Positions 25,201 to 36,100 of a DNA stretch of 64,000 nt are shown here, in pieces; position 1 is the first letter of the stretch, and every line of letters starts with the position of its first letter. The DNA lies in contig NW_024704742.1 in the NCBI RefSeq assembly GCF_018977255.1, positions 136,650,001-136,714,000 on the forward strand. The letters run 5' to 3'. The position numbers and the translations under genes were made by a program. The DNA is from Callorhinchus milii. Lineage: Eukaryota. The notes under the pieces were generated by a model that saw nothing but the letters and a program-made list of their open reading frames with translations, made no database searches and was not told where the DNA came from.

Positions 25201-27705
25201 ACAGTTTAGTTTGGTTGTTAGCACTGCCGCCTCTGAGTCAGACGATGGTGGGTTCTAGTCGGGGCTTGAGCTCCAAATCTAACTGTAGCTGCAGTAAAGC
25301 GGTGGGAAGGAATTGCATTGTTGGAGGTGCCTGTGGAGACACCTTTCAAAAGAGGTGAACACAACAGCTGAACTAACCACAATCAAAGACTTTCTCACCA
25401 GAACCAGACAGCAACTGAGTTTCTAATCTCGCCTCCATCACACCATGTGTCTTGGCTGCGTCCGTTCTCGTTCTTTTTGTGACAGACAGGAAATTGGGGT
25501 GAGGTTGTGGGGCGGGGGAACAGTATTTGTAGATGGGGGTGTGAGAAACTAAGTTGAAGTGGTTTTAGTTACAATTTTACTAGTGTTTACTAGATTTGTC
25601 ACTCCAGCGCAGTCCAATGGACCGTGTGTGTGAGGTGGGGGGTTGTGTTTGACAGTGCCAATGTCCGGATGAGACATTAAACTGAGGTCATGTCTGCTTG
25701 TTCGGGTAGACATTAAAAATAATCCCATGACTCAGTTGGAAAAGAAAAGGGAGTTTTTCCCCCAGTGTCCTAGCCAACAATCCTCATCTTCGAGATTACT
25801 TGGACATACATAAGAATTTGTGAGACGAAAGAAGACCAAGTTCACCTTCCACCGTTCACCGTCCTGGCAATTGCATGCACGTCATGTCCCAAACTATATA
25901 ATAATAACATTCACCTCTCGTTAGTTTGTGAGACTTTGCTGGTGAAAATAGCTATAATATTTGCCAACAAACAGTCACTACACTTGACTGCAATTGATTG
26001 TGAAGGTGCTTTGGGACATTTCAAATGAGGTGAATGGAAAATATTTTCACATTCTTTACAACGATTCAAAAGGAGATGGAAGTTTCTCTCTCAGCGTCTT
26101 GGCCAACATTCTNCCCCCCAATAAAATCGATCATTCATTTCATGGCTCTTTGTAGTTGTGATTTGTCTTGTGCAAATTAGCTGCCGTGTTCACCCACTGA
26201 ACACACTTTTAGTCAACGTTACTGTATATGCTGTGAAGCGCTTTGGGACATCCTACTGATGTGAAAGTCACTATGCAAATGTCAGTATTATTAATAACAG
26301 ATATTGGGATGTGGTTTAAAAGGTCTTACTAGCTTCTCACTAGCCCCTTCCATCTCAAGACCTTCCTCTGTCATCGCACCTTCGGTCATCTTCCCTTCCA
26401 CACTCTTCCCCACTGCGTCCCTACTGCCACCCCCAGCTCGGGCACAAACCCTCAACTATCCAGCACTTTGGGACATTCCCCTGTGATGAAAGGCGCTATA
26501 TAAATGCAATTTGTTGTTCTAGTAGTGTCCCCTTTTTCCCAAGCCATTGAGCTATAAATGATTATAGAATTAATCTGTCATTCAAACTCAGTTTTCTACC
26601 CTTCCTTGGTTTTTGATTAGAATATAAATTTACATTTATATAGTGTCTTTCCCATGGGGAGGAGGTCACAATTCCAGGTCACACACTTCCTCTGCCCTTC
26701 ATGCACCATGCGACACATTCGAGAAAGTGTGTGACCTGGAAGTTCCTTTCACTTGTTTGGGAGGCAATGTGAATCACTAAGCAAGGTGGGAAAGCAGGGT
26801 AGGAGAAGAAGTGACTAAAATCATAGTTTAAGAGGTAGGTTTTGAGAACAGGTAGAGAGGATGTGATGTAACTAGATCCAATTCTTTGCAAGTCAATACA
26901 GTTTAATTCAGTTGGTGGCACTCTGGCTTCTGAGTGAGAAGATTATGGGTTTTAGTTCTGGGTCACACACTTTCTCTGTCCTTCGCACACATCCTCTTTC
27001 TGGGCTCAGTTTAACATCTCGTGCAAGGGACAGATTTTCTTATTCCTTTCATAGCTTATGACATCTTGGCTCCAAATTAACAGGGTTAGAACTACCAGTA
27101 ATAATATTTACACAACACATTGTCTAGACATCCAGCACAGCAACAGGCAATCTTTAAAGCAGGCTATTGATTTCAGTCCCTTTCATTAAGCTTATCACAA
27201 GACACAAATGCATTTAGGGTATTAAATAGTCCATTATTTGTGAGCAGGAAGCAGATTGATTTTTTAAAAAAAAGTAGTTTGCGACATCCCACTTCTCCTG
27301 TACTCTATAAAATGTTTGTCTTAACGGCCTTTTAATACCTACAACATTCTCCCTCTATTAATTCAAGTTAATGATGGGATGTCTTGTTACATAAACAGGG
27401 GAGTAGAAGCTTGTCTAGTCTGGTCACATATTGTTCACTTGCTGTGTCACAGATACTGGAGTATTGGTTAGAGCAAACTTAATTTAATTGGGTCTTTGCT
27501 GGATACTCTTAAGCATGGTGATGGTTTCCATCACCATGCTTAAGAGACACCTGGCTGACCGAAAAAGATATTGCTGGGTGCAAATTGGCTCCTGTGTTTG
27601 TCTAGAAACTATACAGTCACTACACTTTACAATAATTCCTGTGAAGCGCTTTGAACCATTCTCCCAATGTGACAGGTGCTTTATCAAAGGCAAGGAATAA
27701 TGTTA

Positions 27706-28790
27706 TCGTAGAATCATAGATTTATACAGCACAGAAGGAGGCCATTCAGCCCGTCGTGTCTGTGCTGGCTCTTTGAAAAGAGCTTCCAAATCAATCCCAC
27801 TCCCCCCGCGCTCTCCCCATAGCCCTGCAAACTTGTCCTCCCCAAATAATTATCTACTTCTCTCTTAAAAGTTGTTATCGAATCGGCTTCCACCAGCCTT
27901 TCAGGCAATGCTTTCCAGATCCCAACACTCGCAAAACGTTTCTCCTCACCTCCCTTCTGTTCCTTTTAACAACTATTTTAAATCGGTGTTCGTGGGTTAA
28001 CGACCCATCTGCCAGTGGAAACAGGTTCTCCTTGTTCATCCTATCTAATTCCTTCATAATTTTTAAAACTTCTATTAAGTCTCCTCTTAACCTTCTCTGC
28101 TCCAAGAAGAATAATCCTAGTGTCTCCAGCCTCTCCTGATAACTGAAGTCCCTCATTCCTGGTAAATCTCCTTTGCATCCTCTCCAAAGACTTGACATCC
28201 TTCCTAAAGTGTTGTGCCCAGAACTGAACGCAGTCTCTAGCTGAGGCCTAACTAGTGATTTATAAAGGTTTATTATAACGTCCTGACTTTTGTATCCTAC
28301 GCCCCTATTTATAAAGCCTAGTATCCCGTATGATTTTTTAATAGCTTTATCTGTCCTGCCATCTTCAAAGATTTACTTAGATGAATCCCCAGGTCTCTCC
28401 ATTCCTTCACCTCGCTTTAAGATGTACCATCAGCTTATATGCCCTCTCCTCATTTTTCCTCCCGAAATGCATCACTTCACATTTACCTACATTAAACTTC
28501 ATCTGCCACGTGTCTGCCTATTTTACCAGTCTGTCTATGTTCTCTTGCAGTCTGCTACTATCCTCCTCACTGTTTGCTGCTTTTCTTAGCTTAGTGTCAT
28601 CTGTAAACCTGGAAATTGTCCTCCCTATATTGAAGTCCAGGATGCTTCTAGATCAATAACAGCAGTGGTCCCAATACCAACATCTGGGGGACACCACTAC
28701 ACACTCTGTAGTGCTTTCTGTCTCCCAGCCAGTTCTGTATCCATGCTGCCACTGCCCTTTTAATACCATGGGCTTCCATTTTGCTTACCT
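27706..28790 (-). mobile_element. CR1-clade LINE 3' fragment (degraded)
   Basis: Minus frame ..GMRDFSYQERLETLGLFFLEQRRLRGDLIEVLKIMK.., tail ggcctccttctgtgctgtataaatctatgattctacga. Confidence 0.9.
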
Positions 28791-28965
28791 ATCAACATAA
28801 TGGCCTTCATTACCTGGGGCTCAGAGGAAAAGGGATATTGGATGAATGTTAATGGATTAATGAAACCCTGAATATAGTCTCATCTTGTTCTCTTACCCCT
28901 CGTTGCTTTTTGTGTTCGTTCTGCTCTCTCTAACCATTCCCTCCCATATGTTTTCTCTTGAACAG

Positions 28966-29148
28966 CTGGTCTGTGGACAGTGCTAACCTTAGGAGGCGTT
29001 GGGAGTAAGCCAGCCCAGCAGGAGGAACCCTCGTCACCACTGGCTAATCAGAGCCTTCTTCTGCTGCTTGTTCTAGTTAACCTGAGCGATGTACCAGACA
29101 GCCCCAATCCATACAGACAGTCGATAATGTCCTTCAAGAACACACAAG
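28966..29148 (+). CDS. DYM: Dymeclin internal coding exon (183 nt, phase 1/1); not in the ORF track
   Basis: Acceptor ttttctcttgaacAG, donor GTttgt. Translates (S)[60 protein letters not shown], in frame with both neighbouring exons. Confidence 0.97.
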
Positions 29149-29637
29149 GTTTGTGTTAGGACCGCATGCTTCATAAACGATATCCGTTTTGTTAAATATT
29201 AACTTCCTCACCTCCGGTGGCACACATTGTATCTGTCAGCGGCTCAAGACACAGGAATTGTTTATTTTTAACCCTTCATAATGTTAGGAGAAACCTTCTC
29301 TGTCCTGCTTGTTCCTTCAGTTTACAAAAATAGTCTGGTCCTGTCCTGTCTATGAACGTTTCATAATATTGAATGTACAATATTAATTGGATTAAAAGTT
29401 TTAAATTCACAATAACTGCAGTAATTGTCTCCTATTCCCCCTCACATTACCTACTGCGTTATCACTCACTAAAAAAATCAATGAGATGGGCTTGAACTGA
29501 CATCAAGACATTTATCAGATCTCTTAAAACACAGACCCAGAATGTGGGCAAGGGCATCACCTCAATCATCCATTTACAAAGGAGAGCTTTTTTTTGAAAA
29601 GCGCTGTATAAATTCTAATTCTAATTTCTTATGCTTT

Positions 29638-29930
29638 CCTTCGGATGAGACGTTAACCGAGATTCCGTCTGCCTGTTCAGGTGGATGTTAAAATATCCCA
29701 TGGCGCTATTCGAAAAGAGGAAGGAGTTTCTATCGCCCTGTATCCTGGCCAACAACCCCCCCAAAATAAAATTGGCTGCGGCTTATAATAACTTTATGGC
29801 TGTGGAACATTGCTGTGCGTAACTGGCTGCCATGTTTCGCCCACAAAATACATTTTACAGTAATCCTGTGAAGCGCTTTGAGACTTCTCAACGACGTGAT
29901 GTATCAAATGCAAGGATTATTATTATTATT
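29638..29930 (+). mobile_element. DeuSINE-like SINE, 5'-truncated, ending ~33 nt upstream of a DYM acceptor
   Basis: ccttcggatgagacgttaaccgag..caggtggatgttaa core and (TTA)n tail. Confidence 0.85.
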
Positions 29931-29963
29931 GCTTGACTGGCTTATTACAATCCTCTGTTTCAG

Positions 29964-30142
29964 ACAGCACGGCTCTGCAGTCGCCAAACCCGTTCACCTT
30001 CCAGATAAATTTCAACAGCTTGTACACAGCCCTGTACCAACAGCAGAACTCCGACCAGGCCACTCTCCTGCTGTACACCTTATTGCACCAGAACCCAAAT
30101 GTCAGGACCTACATGCTGGCACGGACCGACGTGGAGAACCTG
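29964..30142 (+). CDS. DYM: Dymeclin internal coding exon (179 nt, phase 1/0)
   Basis: Acceptor ctctgtttcAG, donor GTaagc. Translates (D)[59 protein letters not shown]. Confidence 0.97.
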
Positions 30143-30225
30143 GTAAGCACCCTGGGATCTGTGTCGGCTCAGCTCATGGCAATCTCACTGGATCGGGATT
30201 GCAGTTCATCCCATCTGAGGAGTTT

Positions 30226-30560
30226 ATAATAATAATAATCCTTGTATTTGATATAGAGCCTTACTGCGTCGTTGAAACGTCTCAAAGTGCTTCACAGAAT
30301 GTACTGTAAGGTGAATTGACTGTATATTTTGTGGGCAAAACATGGCAGCCATTGCACACAGCAGCGTCCCACGAAGAGTCGGTGATTGAGTGACCAAATT
30401 ATTATTTTTTAAAAAAAATTTGAAGGGATTATTACACTCAGAAAGCAATTCCGCCAATTGACTAACAACCGGTTCCTACTTGCTGCTAGATAAACGGAGG
30501 CATGTGGTCTAAGGAAACTTGCCTAAGGTTTTGCCTCGCCCAGGAATCGAACCTGGGTCC
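30226..30560 (-). mobile_element. tRNA(Ala)-headed SINE
   Basis: Tail, central region and B-box half of the head on the minus strand. Confidence 0.85.
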
Positions 30561-31769
30561 TAACATAGAATGTTAAGAGATGTGAGAAATAAACCACAGG
30601 TCTTGTCCGATGCTTTTCTGCACATTAACACCCCAGCCTAATCCCTCACTCCCCCTCGCCCCCACTTCTTCCCACACAGAAACTGGTCATTCATTTCATT
30701 GGCTGGTTGTGGGAAACGACGGTTTGAAAAGCGGCCTATGAGTACAGAATCACTCACGGTAAAGATCTTGTGAATCGCTTTGAAATGTCTTGTGGACCTG
30801 GTAGGGCATTATGTCAAATGCATGGACCAATTTTCTTTTTAAACAATTTATGGAACTATAGATGCATTTAAGATGAAACTATAGACACAAGGGAGAAGGG
30901 AATAGAAGAGTGTGGGAAAGAGTAAAGAGTGACTGAAGACTTAACATGGATGGAGTATATTGACTAATTGGGATGAATGGCCTGTTTCTGTGCTATACAA
31001 TCTGTCAAAAAAAATTTGGTCACACAATCCATAACTGTTTGTGGGACACCGCTGTGTACATTATCTGTTTCGGACACAAGATACACAGTTAAGTCACTTT
31101 ACACTTCATTGTAAATACTGTACTGTAAATTCACTTTACACTGTATTCTGTGAAGCGCTTTGAGATGTCTGAATGATGTGATATGCAAAAATCATTATTA
31201 TTATTATATACAATCTGTATGTATAACAAGCTGTATTTATATAACGCCCTTCATGCCGGGTAATGTCTTAATAGCATTTAAGAATATGAATAAGTGAATA
31301 AGACTATGTAAGAACTCGCCCTCAACAACTTGTTTTTAGCAGAGATTTCCACATTGTGGCCCAGCTCCCCCCTCACCCAGTTATTTTGTTGATGATCTTA
31401 AATTGATGGCCTTGAGTTACTGGCTCACTGACAAGTGGAATTAGCTTCTCACTGTTCATCTTGTCAAAAACCCTTAGTTATTTTGAACACCTCTATCAGG
31501 TCTGCTCTCAAGCTTCTGTGTTGTAGATCCTGTGGAGGCATCTGACCTCCGTTTGACATTCCCTGTGGCTGTTTGCCTGTTTCACTAGCTCGCTGTGCAG
31601 GTAATTGCAGGGAAGAACCTGCCTCTGCTACTCAGTGTTGCAAGTCCAATTTGTGCCAGAATTCTGGCCCTTTGTCCCTGGTCTTTCCCTCCTCCTTCGT
31701 CCCCCAAACAAGTCCCAAGTTAGCCCTTCCCTCTACATCCCTGCCTGGAGGGCACTATGTACACATCTC

Positions 31770-32115
31770 AGCATGACGTAGCAGTAGAGCTCTCGCTTCT
31801 GAGACAGAAAGTTGTGGGTTCGAGCCCCTTGTCGGCCTTCGGATGAGACGTTGGACCGAGGTTCAAGTGACATTAAACATTTAGCGCTATTCGAAAAGAG
31901 AAGGGAATTTCTCTGATGTCCTGGCCGACCACCCAAATAAAATCGGTCAATCAACACATGGCTGGTTGTGGGACACTGCTGTGTGCAAATTGGCTGCCAT
32001 CTTCGCCCACAAAATACAAGTCACTCTACCTCTATTTTACAGTATATCCTGTGTCGCGCTTTGAGATGTCCTCCCAACTTGAAAGGCAATATGTTAAATA
32101 GAAGGGTTATTATTA
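31770..32115 (+). mobile_element. DeuSINE-like SINE with internal deletions
   Basis: Head ctctcgcttctgagacagaaagttgtgggttcgagccc, core ccttcggatgagacgttggaccgagg. Confidence 0.75.
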
Positions 32116-33003
32116 TATAACGCACAGAATGTGAGGTGTTTGTAATCATAATAATAACAATAAGCCTTGCATTTGATATAGAGCATTATCACATTGTTGA
32201 GACATCTCAAAGCACTTACAGGATATACTATAAAGTGTAGTAACTATGCATTTTGTTGGAAAAAAGTGTCAGCCACAACTGTCACTCACAAACAATCGTG
32301 GATTTAGTGACCAAATCATAAAATTAAATTATTTACAGCACCTTATCACATCGGTGAGATGTCTCAAAGCGCTTCACGGGATGTACTGTAAAGTGGATTG
32401 ACTGTGTATTTTGTTGTGACACACGGAAGCAAATTGCGCACAGCCAGACAAACAGACATGGTTTGAGTGATATATATATTATATATATACTCTAGCCCTC
32501 CCATTTCTTCGAAGGTGTATCCTGTGCCAAATGCAGGGTGTTGAATTGGGTTTCTCTCTTCCCCTCCCAACACACACACACACCCTGCTACCCATCGGAG
32601 GCCATTCATAATGTTGGGCTACTTTTGGTCTAGTATTTAGTTGACTTTGGATTACAAATATATCTTCATTTCTAAGAACCCTGTCTACAGATCAGATCTA
32701 GCTATGAGCAGGAGATTATCTTGCAGATTATCTTGTATCTTGGTTTCTGAGAACCGTGAATCTCAACAACAACAACCACAAATGATATTTACACATTGGG
32801 AGGACATTCAAAGTCAAGTACTTGGACATGAGCTAGGGTTTAAGATCAGGAGGCGTGGAGGTCAGGGAGGGTTGGGGTGGGAGGGTCCCCCCGAAAGCGC
32901 GGTCGAAGAGGGTCTTGAGTCGGACTTTGAAGAAAGTAAGGTAAAGGGACGAGGTGAAGGGACTTTGGGATGGAGTTTAGCATTTGCTTTGTTCTTTGCA
33001 CAG

Positions 33004-33129
33004 GTTGTTCCAATCCTTGAGATCTTGTATCATGTCGAGGAGAGAAACTCACATCACGTTTACATGGCGCTCATCATTCTGCTGATCCTGACAGAGGACG
33101 ACGCATTTAACCGCTCTGTCCACGAAGTG
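33004..33129 (+). CDS. DYM: Dymeclin internal coding exon (126 nt, phase 0/0)
   Basis: Acceptor ttgttctttgcacAG, donor GTgagt. Translates [42 protein letters not shown]. Confidence 0.98.
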
Positions 33130-36100
33130 GTGAGTTACACCTGTGACTGTAAAGTAAGGATGGAGCTTGTATGTCAGAAAGCCTCAACAATACAATATAC
33201 AGCCAATTCGCTTTACAGTATATTCTGTGAAGCGCTTTGAGACGTCTTGAAGACGTGATAAGGCGCTGTATCAAATGCATTGATTATCATTATTATTTAG
33301 CATCTAAAAGGTTATAGTTTGTCAGAAAGTGATTCACAGGTAATTGCTGTCCATCGTAGTAACTTTTTTTGTACGTAAGCCCCAAAGCTGGTATTTGTCC
33401 ATTTGATGACTGAGTAAATAGCACAGGAAGTCTAAAGGTTCTGAAGACACTGTGGTGAATGTAACCAGTATAAGGCAGTGGATGTGGAAGTGTCTGTATT
33501 AGAAGGAAACTGTCTTCCACATGATCTAAAACAGTGACTTGGCAGTAGTCGTTGGAGAGTAAGTAGGTCACTAATCTGGATACTAGGTCCGATTGTAATC
33601 CTCTTGTTGCATTTGCTCCTTGATGACTACTGTATGCCCCCTTTCACGCTGGAGAATGTCTCAAGGTGCTTTCTCGCTTGCTTCGCGTCAAGCCCGAACA
33701 CTTGGCACTATCCAAGTGCGAAAGATGCTATACTACTGTAAGTTGTTCTCCTGTTTCCCCATCAGGTGGTTGCCTGTTGTCTATCCCTCCTCTTAGAGAC
33801 AGTGATTTAGAATCCCAGAACATTACAGCACAGAGCCAATTGCACACAGCAACAATAATAAACAATTTGCATTTATATAGAGTCCTGTTGGTCATTGGCC
33901 CATCAGTCTGATTAGACACCTAATCTAATTCTGCTCACCCACACTCTTTAATAGTTCTCCACCTTCCATCTTCACCTCTGAGCTCCTGTATCTTTACACC
34001 CCCACACTTCCCCCACCACCACACCATCCCTACCTTTCCAACGGCGCTTTCAGCCACTTTCGTCTCCCACGCACGCACTTAATCTCCAGCTCCCAGTCAC
34101 TATTTAATGCAAGTGGTTGTTGTTGTTGAAGAGCAGGCAGTGGGATTGAATGGACAGCTTGCTCTGAGAGCCAGAGTGGACTCAATGGGCTGAATGGCCT
34201 CCTCCTGCACTGTCAATTTTTGAGATTCTACGATTCTATGCATCAGTCCAATTTCCCTTTAACAAAAACAGTTTGTGGTACTGATTTCCGCATTCCAGGC
34301 CACATATTTTCTAACCTCCCCTTCAGTTCCTTTTGCCCTTGTAACCTCTCGTAGCTGACTGGCCAACCAACAGAAATAATCTCTCACTATTTACCTTGTC
34401 TCTACCCTGCATAATCTCTCAGACTTCGAGATGGCTGAGATCTCTGGGACTCTTAAAACTGGTAAAACTCGTGTTTATCTTTACTTCCAGACCAGATTTG
34501 TTTAAAACCAGCAATATCCATCTCCTGCCACACAGGAGGGGAATGATTGCAAGCTGTCGTTATCTGCTATAGTGCATTGCAGTGGTCCAGCCTGATCTGA
34601 GCAATGCTGTTAATTATCTTGTCTCAAAGCGTCCTCTTATCTCTATGTTGAATGCCCTATTGCAGTTAGACAAAACACAGCGTGCATAATATTTTCGTCT
34701 GCGCAGCTCCCTGGTTGCGTAGCCAAAACATTTGTACCCGAGTATCTAATAAATAAGATACAAGTGAAAATGGATCTCTGCAGTAAACAGCAGCGTAAAT
34801 CATTGAGAGTGTTTTTCCCCCATTGAAAGCCAAACTCCATACAAAAGCTGGCTGGCTGCTTGGGTCCAGATGTCCCGAGTACTCACCTCGCAAGCAAGAG
34901 GACCTGGGTTCGATTCCCGGGTGCGGCAAAACCTCAGGCAAATTTCCTTACGCCACACGCCTCTGTTTCTTAGAAGTAAGTAGCAACCCAGTTGTTAGTT
35001 GATTGGCAGGTGCTTTTCTGTAATAATCCCTTCAAAAAAAATAATTATAATTTGGTCACTCAATCCACGGTTTGTGGGATATTATTGTGTGCTCCAGGAC
35101 ATTACCCAGTGTGAAGGCCGCTATATAAATGCAAATTGTTGTTATATTGCTGTGGGTAATTGGCCGCCACGTTTCGCCCACAAAATATACAGTCACTACA
35201 CTTTACAGTATATTCTGTGAATAGTATGAGATGTCGCGAAGACGTGATAAGGAGCTATATCAAATGCAAGGATTATTATTATTATAGAATCAGTGTTATG
35301 GAAACAGGAAAAGATCATCGTGTTGGGCCCCAAGTGACTGGTTCTAAAGTGCTAAAGCAACTTTATTTTAATATAAAAAGAGGAATAACCCTTCACCGTT
35401 TCGTCAGTCATACGTTTCTCAATTAGATTTTGAGATCCTTACCAATAAATCTCTTGATGCCCTAGCACCTCTCTGCCTCTCTGATCTCCTGCTCCTCTGT
35501 CCACCCCCTCCGCTCAGCTTTCCATGCGTCCCTTGCCTTCTCCAAACCACTAGCTGTGACTGATCCTTTGGTTTCTACATCCCTAACCTCCAGAACTCAC
35601 TCCCTCTAGCCCTCAATCTCTCCCCTACTCCCAATCTATCATCATATCCTGCCTTAAAACCTATTTCATAAACCCCCTATGGTTCACTTCCCTCTCCCCT
35701 GCTCAGCATCTCCTTGTAAAGCACCCTGAGGATTATCCATAGTCTTGCTCTTCTCCAACCTCTGTGACCTATTAACACCAAACCAACATCCCTCCGCTCG
35801 GCAGTCACCAGCCTCCACTCAACGGGCACCATGTCCTCTCCCTGCCCGTTCCACCATTGCCGGTCAGGCTGTCAGTTTTTCTGCTTCCACCCTCTGGAAT
35901 TCCATCTCAGAATCTCTCCCCCTCGCCCCTCCCTTGCGTCCTTCAAGGCGCGTTTGAATTACTTTCCTCCTTGATTATACTTTCAGCCCCTTTCCCCCCC
36001 TCTTGATTCCAGCCCCCAGCTCAGGTGCAAGCCCGTAACTTTCCAGCCAAAATTAAAGGCGCTATATAAATGTAAGTTGTATAAATGTATAAATGTAAGT

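Noticed and set aside
26113..26113. Single ambiguous base (n)
   Set aside because: Assembly uncertainty next to a C-run; not biological.
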